64,000 nucleotides of DNA, taken from the NCBI GenBank assembly GCA_964019425.1, contig OZ025781.1:868001-932000 (forward strand), in the 5' to 3' direction. Of the stretch, positions 11,834 to 23,700 are shown in pieces; position 1 is the stretch's first letter; every line of letters starts with the position of its first letter. The notes under the pieces were generated by a model, which made no database searches, was not told where the DNA came from, and saw only the letters and a list, made by a program, of their open reading frames with translations. Both the position numbers and the translations under genes were made by a program. Source of the stretch: Flectonema sp. DT1601. Its lineage: Eukaryota.

Positions 11834-14599
11834 ATGTCTGAGAGATTTGTTGCACTGGACTGCGCTGATGTCACTTTTAAAGATTACGAGAACGAGATTA
11901 AACTTAAAGCTGCTTCACGGTACAACATTTACAAAGAAAAAAGTAAACAGCGAGCGGTGGTGAGACTGAAAATGTTGGAGAAAGATTGCGATTCGTTGAT
12001 CACGAGAGCAAAACAAGGGGCTGCTGATTGGGTTTTTTATAATTACTACGTCTTTGTTAATATCGTTACGGAACTTATATTACATCACCCAAGTTGCGAT
12101 AAAGACAAAAACAAGTATTGGACTGCTTTTGTTAACAGAGTGTTTGAACATCTCGAAAGTAAAATCAACCTGCACCCGATCTATGACAATGAAATTAAGA
12201 GAATCAAGGAAGAAGAGAAAAAAAAAGAAGAGGATCGAAGAAAAGAACAATTACAATACCTCGAGTACATTCCCAAGGCTGAAATTGAAGCTCGAAAACG
12301 ACTTACTGAAGCAGCAATGCACTCTTTGAAAGATATTTATCAGTCTGCTGCTGAACAGCGTCCGCTTGATGTAATCTGCGTTTCAGAATTGAGTGCTTTG
12401 CCAATTCATCAACCTGGTTCTGGTTCACTTCTCGGTGACTTATTTTCATCTCCGACAACTCCTGCACAGATAGCTCCGTCGTTTCAAGCTGCAAATGGCG
12501 CTGCTAAATTGTTTTCACCGGAACCAATCAAATCTGGTGTCGCTTCCTTATTGACCGGCGGAGGAAACCAGATGATTGCACCTTCTGCACCAATCCAACC
12601 AACATCTGCGTCAAGACTTCAGAAAGTAATGTTTGAAGACCCCACTGCTCAAGTAGTTGATGCTGCTAGAGAGCAGGACTTGAGAAACAAGATTCTAGGA
12701 ATCAATAAGACGGCAGACCAAGCATCGACTCAACATGATCGAGTGCTAAGTATTCTGTCTGCAAAGGATGAGGAAATTAAGAAACAGGAGGAAATGAGAA
12801 AACAAGCGGAAGAGCAGCAGAAACAGCAGAGAGATCTTCAATTGCAAGAAGAAGAAGAAAATAAAAGGAAGCTTTTGGCACAACAGCAGCGTGCGTTGAA
12901 GCTGCAAGAGGAATATGCGTTGAAGCTGCGGGAAGAGCAGGAAAAACAAAATCAACTAGATGTCGAGGAACAACAGTGGGCAGCAGAACTGGAAGCCACA
13001 AAAAAGAGACTTGCTACCGAACAACAAGAATTGACAAATGCGTTAACCGTTATAAAAGCGCAAAATGCTAACGGCATTAGTCAAGTAATGCAAACAGCCC
13101 AGCCTTATTTGGACTCAGCAAACTTGCTCCAACAGCAATGCAACAACGCCATCCAATCTAAAATATGGGACAGCGTAGAGTTGCTCAAACCAACAGGTAT
13201 CGAGGTAGGAAAGCAGATCGAGGCTGAACTAAGAATGTACGCAACGCAGCTATCAACTTTTTCTATTGAGACTCCTTCTTGGCAGACAGCAGCTTCATCA
13301 ATTGACACAGGTATCCAGGCTATTTCTACTGCCTTGGAACTTGCCCAGGCAGTGCAAGAAACTGCAATCCAACAACGCGAAGGACTTTCTAATAGATCAC
13401 AAATAAATGACATGAGAAAGCAGCTTCCGCATGCCACGCCAATCACTCCTGGCACTTCTGAAGACCACTACGCAATTATTTTAAGAGGTGAGTTACAAAA
13501 GTTGAAAAATCGACAGGCAGACCGCCACAGGCAATATGCGGCTTGCAATTGGAGCTTTCCTCTTTCAGCGAGAGCATCCCAACCACGAAGAGGGTTTGTA
13601 AATTTAGGAAACACGTGTTACATGAACTCCATATTGCAATCACTGCTTGTGACCCCTTTGGCGGAACCATTCAAGTCTGGTGAGATATTAAGTGCTATAA
13701 ATATTTTAAACCCTCTTGGTTCAACAGGGAAGGTAGCTAATACATTCTCAGGCGTCGTTGAAGATATGCAGTCGGCAGTATCATACCCGATATCGCCTTC
13801 CTTATTTAAGCGGGCCATTGGTCAACAAAATGAGACGTTTGAAGGTCAACGACAACAAGACGCCAATGAATTTCTACAAACTTTATTGTCCTGTCTGCAC
13901 GAAGATCTCAATCTGTCCCGAGGCAAAGAAAGCATCGCAGTCCCGGAGCTGACCTCAGATGGGAAAGACGATGTGCAAGTTGCTACTGAATCTGCAAATG
14001 CCTATAAACTTAATAATAACTCGCTGATTACAGATGTCTTTGGGTTTCTTGAGCGCTCTACAGTTACTTGTCCTCTTTGTAAACATCGAAGCGTTTCGTT
14101 TACAGTGCAGCAGTCCTTGCTGCTTCCAATCGATCAAACACGAGATGACTGCACTATTGTTGATTCCCTTTACAAATACACTGATCAGGAGAAGCTTCCT
14201 GAAGGTAACGAGTGGCTTTGCCCGACGTGCAACATCAAGTCTCGTGCTGACAAGCAGTTGTCACTTTGGTCTCATCCGAGAATTCTCGTCTTGGCATTAA
14301 ACAGATTTTGCACGTACGGGAATCTCGCTGACAAAATAAGAACGCCGGTGAAGTTTCCAGAAGTTCTCGATCTATCTTCGTACGTTATTAGTACGAATGC
14401 CAATGCGAAAGTCCTGTACGAATTAACCTCAATTGTTAATCACGATGGGGGTATGGGAGGAGGTCACTACACTTGTGATGTTAAAGGATCACAAGATGGT
14501 CAATGGCACCACTTTAGCGATGAGAGACATCACCCAGTTTCGGGATCTCCTAATTTCGCGCAGGCATACATTTTGTTCTATAAGTTGAAAACTAACTGA
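11834..14599 (+). CDS. Ubiquitin-specific protease (C19), USP8/Doa4-like architecture
   Basis: Cys box GFVNLGNTCYMNS, QQDANEF, His box HDGGMGGGHY. N-terminal helical domain and central Q/E-rich coiled coil. Confidence 0.93.
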   Translation: MSERFVALDCADVTFKDYENEIKLKAASRYNIYKEKSKQRAVVRLKMLEKDCDSLITRAKQGAADWVFYNYYVFVNIVTELILHHPSCDKDKNKYWTAFVNRVFEHLESKINLHPIYDNEIKRIKEEEKKKEEDRRKEQLQYLEYIPKAEIEARKRLTEAAMHSLKDIYQSAAEQRPLDVICVSELSALPIHQPGSGSLLGDLFSSPTTPAQIAPSFQAANGAAKLFSPEPIKSGVASLLTGGGNQMIAPSAPIQPTSASRLQKVMFEDPTAQVVDAAREQDLRNKILGINKTADQASTQHDRVLSILSAKDEEIKKQEEMRKQAEEQQKQQRDLQLQEEEENKRKLLAQQQRALKLQEEYALKLREEQEKQNQLDVEEQQWAAELEATKKRLATEQQELTNALTVIKAQNANGISQVMQTAQPYLDSANLLQQQCNNAIQSKIWDSVELLKPTGIEVGKQIEAELRMYATQLSTFSIETPSWQTAASSIDTGIQAISTALELAQAVQETAIQQREGLSNRSQINDMRKQLPHATPITPGTSEDHYAIILRGELQKLKNRQADRHRQYAACNWSFPLSARASQPRRGFVNLGNTCYMNSILQSLLVTPLAEPFKSGEILSAINILNPLGSTGKVANTFSGVVEDMQSAVSYPISPSLFKRAIGQQNETFEGQRQQDANEFLQTLLSCLHEDLNLSRGKESIAVPELTSDGKDDVQVATESANAYKLNNNSLITDVFGFLERSTVTCPLCKHRSVSFTVQQSLLLPIDQTRDDCTIVDSLYKYTDQEKLPEGNEWLCPTCNIKSRADKQLSLWSHPRILVLALNRFCTYGNLADKIRTPVKFPEVLDLSSYVISTNANAKVLYELTSIVNHDGGMGGGHYTCDVKGSQDGQWHHFSDERHHPVSGSPNFAQAYILFYKLKTN

Positions 14600-14887
14600 T
14601 CTCAACTACCATCGGATTTAACTTTAGTGTTGGTAACTCTTGATTTGTTTTCTCAATCTTCTGTTGGGTTGGCGAGTTCCGGTCTCTAGCTCAAATGCCG
14701 CCGCTTTTTCAATTATTCGTTTGTGTACCAATAACGATACTAACTGTGATGTGTTATTTTTTTTTTTCTTTCTTTCTTTCTCTCGTCGTTTCTTTTCGCT
14801 CATTGACTTTGGTTTTGAAGTCGTTTTTATATATGAAGTGTGGTGTGATATGAAATATTTTTTATTGTCAAAGAAGTTCCTCAAAAC

Positions 14888-15976
14888 ATGCATATTATCG
14901 CATCAAGTTGTGGCGTACGTGATGAGAAGGATGACATGAAATGGAAGGGTAAAAGCAGTTTACTATTAGCTGCAATCAAAGAAGGAAAGTTGGTAGAGTT
15001 GGAACAAGTGAAAGATGTTTCTTGCAATGCAATGTACTTCGCAACCAGCGGTAGCAGAATATTAGCAACAGAAGGAGGGGACGAAAATAATGTTGCTGCT
15101 GGCATTAGGGCAGTAGTGTTGGATGGGGAAGGTAAATTCAAAACCGAAAAGGAAGTTTTTTTTGAATCACCAAAAGGGTCAGGTCCCTGCCACATCACCG
15201 CTGAGAAGAATTATGTTGCGGTAGCTGAATATATGAACACAGTGACTCTAATTAACACCACAACTGGGGAAAAGACTTGCCTGAAAGACATCTTGTCTAA
15301 ACACAATCCAATTACTCCTGGTGATGGAAGACAAGATGAGTCTCACCCTCATTGTGCACAGCTTACGAGTGATGGCAAGTATTTATTAGTATCAGATCTT
15401 GGTACTGACACACTGATCGCTTACAATATTGAAGAGAAGAGCCACACAGCTATTAAGGTCTCTGATGCTGCTGGTGTACGCCACGTTGTCAAGCATCCGA
15501 AACTTCCCATTTTGTATGCAGTCGCTGAGCTGTCAAATGAATTAATTATTTGTGACCTGAATGGCAAGTTGTTATCGAGACAGTCTTGTTTACCTGTTGG
15601 CTGGACGGCGGAACCTCCTTTTCCATTTTACACCGCCCCAAGCCATGCTGCTGCTATTCGCATTACTGAAAGTGGATCTCATATTTACATTTGTAACAGG
15701 GGACATGATTCAGTTGCGATCTTTTCTGTTTCTAACGATGGTTCGGCTGGCATTCCAACCTTCATTCCATCGGGTGGTCACATCCCGTGGGACATTTCTA
15801 TTCTCCCAGGTGGTGAGTTTGCCGTCGTTGCCAATCAGTACACTCGTCCAAGTGAGGGTGATTTAACTGATGGAAATATTTCCCTCTTCGCTAGATGCGA
15901 AAGTACCGGTTCCTTGACTTTCGTGAATAGCATCCTTAAGAATAACGCTGTTTGTGTTGCTCCGTGGTGTCACTAA
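14888..15976 (+). CDS. 6-phosphogluconolactonase-like 7-bladed beta-propeller lactonase (Pgl/YbhE family)
   Basis: GPCHI, RQDESHPH, VSDLGTD, GVRHVV, AELSN, NRGHDSVAIF, VANQ. Intronless. Confidence 0.88.
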   Translation: MHIIASSCGVRDEKDDMKWKGKSSLLLAAIKEGKLVELEQVKDVSCNAMYFATSGSRILATEGGDENNVAAGIRAVVLDGEGKFKTEKEVFFESPKGSGPCHITAEKNYVAVAEYMNTVTLINTTTGEKTCLKDILSKHNPITPGDGRQDESHPHCAQLTSDGKYLLVSDLGTDTLIAYNIEEKSHTAIKVSDAAGVRHVVKHPKLPILYAVAELSNELIICDLNGKLLSRQSCLPVGWTAEPPFPFYTAPSHAAAIRITESGSHIYICNRGHDSVAIFSVSNDGSAGIPTFIPSGGHIPWDISILPGGEFAVVANQYTRPSEGDLTDGNISLFARCESTGSLTFVNSILKNNAVCVAPWCH

Positions 15977-16237
15977 GCTCGTCTTGGAGCAGTCACCCAG
16001 GGAGTACAATAATCCGTACTGATAAAAATCAGATCCGCCTTTTTAAGCACCGTGTGGTGTGTCTTTGCTAACGTTCAAATACTATAGAAACTTTTAAATT
16101 TTTCATTCGCTCACAAGAGAATATTACTTCACTGTACGATCAACCGTGTGTACGTGACTTTAGTTTTGGATACTCCTTTAAAGCTCAAAGGTTCATTTTT
16201 CCTCAGGTTCAATTGCGGTTCCAACCGCAACTGCAAC

Positions 16238-16939
16238 ATGTTATTTGGTAAGAGTAAGTCGTTAGGTTCCTACGCGATACCGACAGAAGATGTAAAGCCA
16301 GTTATGGACACCAATAAGCTGCCGAATACAAAGCACTACGGGATTGTTACAAGGTGGTTGCTTGACAGGGGATTCGGATTCGCCACTGCTGATGACTTGG
16401 ATTACGATGTACTTGTTCATTACGCATCTTTCGGAGGAGGGAATTTAGTTGTCGGGAAATACATTCACTTTGAATTAGATCCGAATGTGAATGGACCCAA
16501 AGCAAAGTACGCTGAAAATGTGACTGGCGGTGCCGTTAATAAACTGTGGATGGATGGTGACGGAAATGTTGTGGATTGGTCAGTGTCGTATCCCCGAGAG
16601 TTTTATCGAATTAAACTCCTCGACAAATGCGACGCATCAAAGAGGCTGAGGTGGCACCAGCTGGAAACACGATTTCTGACCCACGCGAGATCAGATGAAG
16701 AATATCAACAAATGATTGCAAATCAACTGGCTGAGGTAAAAGTTGAGAGTGTTGTTGACTTGCAAGAAGATGCTGAAGAAAAGGCGCGATTCCGAAAATC
16801 AGAACCCGGAAACATCTACGGACGTCGTAATTTTGGTAACAATATGCCTGGCCGAAACAACGGGGAGCGTCAAAGACGTGATCAACGCACAACTTACCGA
16901 CCCGCTCGCAGCCACAGTCGAGACAGGCGGAGACGTTAG
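16238..16939 (+). CDS. Cold-shock-domain protein with Arg-rich C-terminus
   Basis: GIVTRW..DRGFGFA (RNP1-like), VLVHY (RNP2-like), AENVTG. R/S-rich tail. Start codon uncertain (16238 or 16304). Confidence 0.8.
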   Translation: MLFGKSKSLGSYAIPTEDVKPVMDTNKLPNTKHYGIVTRWLLDRGFGFATADDLDYDVLVHYASFGGGNLVVGKYIHFELDPNVNGPKAKYAENVTGGAVNKLWMDGDGNVVDWSVSYPREFYRIKLLDKCDASKRLRWHQLETRFLTHARSDEEYQQMIANQLAEVKVESVVDLQEDAEEKARFRKSEPGNIYGRRNFGNNMPGRNNGERQRRDQRTTYRPARSHSRDRRRR

Positions 16940-17736
16940 CTTGTAGTGAATCAGTTGTTAGAATGATTAACTGGTCGAGTTTAGTATTACATTTCATGTT
17001 TACTAATCAAAATTAACCACTTTCTGAAATGTAACATTTATCAACAATTAGAAAAGAACCTTTTATGGTTTGTCTTTGGTCACTCTTTTCGAAGTTCAGC
17101 GACTCAGCTTTAAGGCCACAAACCAAACCATAACAGTTACTGTAAATCATGAATTGTGTATTTGCCTCTTTTTATTGAATCAGTTTCTCTTAATAAACAC
17201 GAACGTGTTTTTCATATTTGGATTATTAATTTGAACTCTTTTTGGTTGTACGGTATTAAAGATCTTTAGTGTCATCACCTCAGTATTATTGTGGCTAATC
17301 TCTTTTCTCTTATTCAGGCAGCAATCTATAACTCGATGGTACCCGTGCCAGCACCGCCACCGCCTGAAGCTGGTGAGCCTGGACCGGGAAAAGAATCACA
17401 ACCCAGAGAAGTGCTCAGTAACTTCCTATTTCATTTATTTTCCGGGAATAGAACGGTAATCACGCAAGCGTTTTAATTTATAAACCCGCACAGAAGTATT
17501 TTGCTCAATCCTTTTCCACTGCAATTCTCCAATCCCACATTTCTCTGCTTAGCAAAGGCATTCCATTTTTCCAAGTTGAGGAGGTGACAACAACGTGTTT
17601 ACTATTTATAATTAAAACCACAGCTGAATGTCAAGTTAATCACAAAAAAACTGCTTTGCTAAATCGATTCTGAAAAGTACATTATCTTCTTCTGTGAACA
17701 GATTAAAGGCAGCTATTCTGGAAAACAATAAACAAA

Positions 17737-20700
17737 ATGTTCAGAAAATATGTTGAATTTAAGGAAGTGAATATTGAAGATTATGAGGATACTGGTAATC
17801 CGTTGGCTGCCTATGAACCTCTGGAAGCAGTCGATCCGTTAGCTCCAACACAACCACCGAGCGTAGTGCCAAGTGGAGGGGCGAGTTCGTCGAGTAGGAT
17901 GAGTTTATCAACATCACCACCGCTGGGTTTGTTGTCTTCACCAGAAGCGTTAGACATGACGAAATTGATTGATGTTGGTAGCGACAGCGAATCAATCGAA
18001 TCAATTGTTGAATTTAATAAAATTGCTAAACAACAACAACCATCAGCGACAAAGAAGATCCTCGCAGCTGTTTGCATCATCACAGTGATAATCGCAGCAG
18101 TCGCAATCTACTTCCTCGCTGCCACAACTGATGACCAGGAGTCAGAGGACAAAGAAAATGTTGTCATCGACTACCACAGCGCGGCTGTTATTGGAAGTGT
18201 CCCTGTTGGATTAACAAAAAGATTAGCCATCTCTGGTAACATCGCTTACTTAGCTGATGAAACTGCTGGTGTTCGGGCCTTAGACATTACCAGTCCCCCA
18301 AGTCCGGTAGAAGTAGCGCTTTTACAACCAAATGAAAACTTTAAAGTTGCACGTTCACTCTGCGTTCATAAGAAAACGTTGGCAATAGCTGATGCGCAGA
18401 CGGGAAGTATTCTTATTTACGATGTTTCAAGTCCCCTTCCAAAGTACTTAAGTCAGTTTAAGGTCACTTCCCGAAACTCTTCCGATCCCTCAAGTGAGTT
18501 TTTAGTTTATCGACCAACATCTGGAAAACAGCAAGATGTCATATTTATCCTTGATGAGTCTTCTGGTCTTCATCTTTTAAATGTCAAGGATCCCAAGAAT
18601 CCGAAGTACCTTTCTGTTATACTTCATGATGAGCATCCTACGAACATTAAAATCCATGAAGACTTAGCTTATGTTATACTTCGGGATAAGATGGCTATCG
18701 TGAGAGTTGATGATCACATTAACCCTTTGGTGGTTTCTAAAATTGAAATATTCACATTAATTGCGAGTATCGATGTTAGTAATCAAAGAGCTTACTTGAA
18801 TGATAAGGAGGGAGGTATTTACATCATTAACGTCTCTGATGACCAAAACCCTGTTGAAATCGAGGTAGATGAAAAAGGTCAGGAGATTGCTGCAGCAGCT
18901 CAATTAGAGCAACGTTCTGCCCAAACGTTGGAATCGGAGAACGTTGTTTTCAACACGCACATTGCAGTTTACGGACAGATCACAATTTCTGCTTCCAGAG
19001 GTCAGGTTTGGGTTGTGTCGTACGAAGATAACAGTGACACACCTAAGAAATTAAAACGTATCCCAGAACTCGATGGCACTCACGGGTTCGCCGTAGAAGA
19101 TGATTTTATTTACGCAGTTACTCAGGGAGGTGAGTTCGTTGTCGTCAAACTTTCTGTTCTTCGAAAGGCTATCGATCCATTTATTCCAAAAATGATGAAG
19201 CCTTCTAATGCTGAAAACGATATCCACTGGATGATTGAACCTCTTTTACAGGCTCTCGATAAGGTTTGTTATTTATTCTTCAAATTATTTATTTATTTAT
19301 CTTTCGATTTTACATATTTTCAATTTAACACACAAAACAGATTAAAGGAATAGATGTAAACATGAACGAGTCGAATCTCAATAAGTTAGATCTGACAGGA
19401 ATGCCAGAACCGTCACATATGGTTCACGGGGTTGGTGCGTTGTTGGACATTAGATCGTCTGTTGCGAACTACTTTGAGTTATACGACACAGACAGCCACT
19501 TGGCAACTCTCGATGGGCTTGTAAATGTTATGTCTCACAATGTTCCAGCCCCCCAGTCTGAAACTTCTGTTCGTGTGAACACCTTTCAATGTAGTCACAA
19601 AACAGTTGATGACAAAGTGTCGATAAACATTCAACTTTCTGCCTTATCTTTAGTTCCTGCTTATTCATTGCAGCCGTCACTTAAAGAACTCTTTTTGCCT
19701 ATCAGTGAATTGCGAGAACTTTGGGAGCTTCTTGACAGAAATGCTCCACCTGCGAGTGATGTTACGATTCTTGACTTCAATATTTATTATGAAGCTGCGG
19801 CAACCGTTGAAATCGAGATCAGTATTACGAAATCGAAGGAAGTTAGGTTTGTTTTTCAACTTGTTTTTTTAGGTTTAAAATAAGAAAGCTCTTGATGAAG
19901 GATGATCTGAGAGATTGAACTGCCAAGGGAAAGATAAAACTGACTCTTGAAGCTTTTATAAATTCATAGTTGAGTCTCTGTGAGAATACAATGTTGTTTG
20001 TTTGTGAACGAAATTGCAATCCGGTTGGACTGTGAGCTAAGAAAAGATTACATGTGATGCCTGACTTCTTTTACAGAGAGAGTCAATAAGAACCATTCAG
20101 ATTAGTCAGTAAAAAAAAAAAAAAAAAACAGCATCACTGTAAAAGAATACCACGCTGAGGTACAAATACTTGTTGATCCCGTTGATATGGTCATCGGGGA
20201 CGGTCTCCTAAGTGTGGCTGACGGCATAATTTCTCTTGTTTTTGGAGTCAAGAGCAAAGCATTTGCTACTGCAACAGCTTCAGTTGTTGACGACTCGACT
20301 GACTTGATGAGTTTGATCTACTCGGTATGGCAATAGTTTTATTTTATTTTCTTAAAGGCTGACTTGATTACAATAAAAGGAATGAATCTTTTTGAGAACA
20401 TGAAAATAAATCAACACAGACAATGAAACCACAACCGTATGGCAAGTTGGATGTAGTTCTTCCACTCCACACGGACTCTGAGAGATTCATTCCGATTGTT
20501 GCCATTCACGATCTCGACATCCTCAACGGGAAAATAGCTGAAATGACTGTCGACCTGGATCTCTCCTTCCTCAGAGTCCAAGAAAAAGGGATATCGATTA
20601 ACCATCTCAACTTCGTGACCAGCTCACTCAATCAGCTGGTTGAAGATGTTTCAGCTCACAAACCTATTCCAGGTTCTGTGTACAGCGATAACTTGGAGTA

Positions 20701-23700
20701 CTTCTTATCAGGTGTGTTGTTATGTTTCTTATCAAGTGTCTGTTCTGTTTCTGCGTTTGGAAATGCAAATGACGAAGAAAAGAAAACCACCACAGGAATC
20801 AACGGCACGATGGACTTTGATGAGGTACTAGACAGGTACTTAGCAATGCATGAGTCGTACCGACAGCTGGGTATTGGACTTCCTCAAGAGTTAAAGTTAG
20901 ACGAGTATCGAAGCCGTCAGGAAATCTCAAAGTCGGTGTTGTTCCAAAGAGATATTCTAGCCAAGCTTCAGAGAATCCATCCGTCGATTTTTGGAAGATT
21001 TTCAGATTCAAGAGGTGCTGACCCGTCGAGTGGTGAGAAGTTCGAACCGATAAACTACATTGGTGAGATCCTCGAATTCATCTTTGAGATTCCAGGAGCT
21101 GCTAGTGGGTCGGAGTACGGAATCGAACATCTCTCTTGGATGCTATCATTGAAAAGTAATTATAAGTTGAGCAGAAAGAACGCTCTGGCAATGATTGACT
21201 TGCTTCCTGAAAACATCTCTTCTCAATTTGACAAAGATTTTGAAATCCCTCGCAATAAATCAAACGGTATTGAATTCTCGCCAGAGGACTACCTACCGGG
21301 GTTGTTTACCAGCCTTGGGATTAAAACTACAGCAGAGAATGCAACTTTAATGGCTCTGGGTAAGTTCCTTGCAACAGTTCCTCCAACTTATGGAGTTAAT
21401 CCACGGTTTCAACATGAAATGTTAGTGGAGTTGAATAATAGTTACCCGGCTTTGTTTGGAGGTTTCAATTCGGATCTTACAAACCCAAGCACCGGATCCA
21501 CTTTCGACTGGCGGGATTACCTTCCGGAGGTCGGCAACATCCTCCGCGTTGATCTTCGATACGAACGCGAGCTCAATTTGATATTTGGTTCAAGTCCTAC
21601 TGTTGGAGGTTTTCTGAGTTTTCTAAAAAACCGTTTTGAATATACATCCGGTATGGGAACTAATTTTATTGGTGCGGTGAAAACGATAAAGGGAGACAGA
21701 TATCTGACATTGGATTTATGGCTGGCGTTTGATATCGATCTGCTTGGAAATATTGAAAAGGTCTCCGAACCAGTCTTGAATAGAGCTTTAGATGGAACTG
21801 GTCTTGAGGACCTTATGAAGAATCGACTCATGTCTGTAGTCGGAGACATCATTCCAAATATCGACGGGGAATTCGGAGCTCGTTTAGGGATCAGTGTGAA
21901 GGTCGGAATGGCGATATCTCCTTTACTGAAATCTAGAACTGCTGGAAGGCCTCAGATGTATATTATGGTTCCTAATATGAAACTCGAAGGTAAGCTAACG
22001 GCGGTTGATTACAACACCAACATCGCGTTCTCTGCGGCTGAAACTTCGGACTTGACGTTCCCGATTAGGAACTCGAACATCACTTTGAGTTTTGGATTTG
22101 AGACGAGCAATGACGAAAGTAATCCAATAATGATTATCGATGAACGGTCTAGCTTGGTATTCAACACTGCTCCTCTGCTGAGTTCGCTCAAAGAGATTGG
22201 AATTGCAAACATGCAACTTCCGGTTAGATTTCCATCTCTGAAGGAGAGTGCTTTGCTTTCACTTGAGTTCGAACATCTTAACAACAACTCGGTTGGTGTA
22301 GCGAAGGCAGTGGTACCATCACTGCCATCTGTTGTTACTGTGAGTGAGTCGACAGTTATTTCATTCTTGGCTGGTGGAACACAATTTGACTTTCCGATTC
22401 AAGATATTTCCTTCACGGAAACAGGACTGGTGTCTCTGATCACCTACATGAAGGAAGAAGGCTTTGGTGATAATTGTCCTTACAAGATGCTCGGACACGA
22501 TCAATTAACTGATCAGGTCGCTGCGTTCTTTGCTAAGCCAGGGGATCTCGTATCGTATATTGTAAGAGAGTGGAATATTGATCTTTGCAGTTCAGGTTTG
22601 TTCTTTGTTCTTCTTTTTACTAACAAACAAGCAATCTTTTCAAGATGGTCTTTCTGCCGCTGGTGTGCTGTGAGGATTGCCCTCTGCTGTTCACTTTTGT
22701 AAATTTCGGTTAACTGATACTCGCTAGGATAACTCAAGTAACTCTCCCTGGAAAATAAAACAACAAACAAACACCCACAGCCATGACATTCCTCGCAAGC
22801 ACCCCGACACCGTTTGACGTTAAAAACCTCGACATCACGAGCATCGAAGTGGAGCTAATTTCGAACGGGAGCGATTGGCGAGGAATAGTAAAAGCCGACA
22901 CAACGATGTTCGAAACGGGCTGTGAAGCGGAGCTTTTAATTGGAACGAACTGGGAAGTTCAGAATACCAGCGTATCGTGTGATATTGTAACACCTCAATA
23001 CGAGTTCAGTACTCTCATTCAAATGGACGACGACAGCTGCAACGGTGCCAACAACGGAATTATAGATTACAAATCCACTACCTCTGGATTCGAAGGACAA
23101 GGAATTATAAAACAAAAAACCACTTGCGGGGTACATGGCGACCCGCTTTGGGAGGTTGCGGTGTCCGGCAGCAAGGCAATGTTGTGGGATGTAAAGGTTT
23201 CAGATGCGAATGTGAGTATTTCTTCGGTTATTGAAAAGAATCCTAATTCTGGAAAGTTTGAAACCAATTGGTCAGGAAGCGTGGAGGGAAGGGTTTCTAT
23301 TGGAGAGAGCAGTAATATTGTTGCTAACGTTCTGTTTGATAACCTCGAGATGACTGTAGCTTCACTTGATCTCAGTGGGTCTGCAACAATCGGACCTGTG
23401 TCGGGTACGATGGATCTGTCTTTTGATAACACTAGTAAGACTTTATCTGGAACTGGTGACCTTGTGATTTCTTTAAAGAATTCTCAACTAAGAGGCATTG
23501 CTTCGACAATCACTCACGTGGCTACTTACACTAAACAAAACACTCACTTGCCTCTGTGGACAGTCACTGGTAGCTCTGCTTCACTAAATGTTTACGGAGT
23601 TGAGGTTCAGACTGCCACTGTAAACATTAATGGAAGCATTTCTCAAACCACCACTTCGTGGGAAGGTGAGCTCAGCGGAAAAGGTTTGTTAATTGTGACG

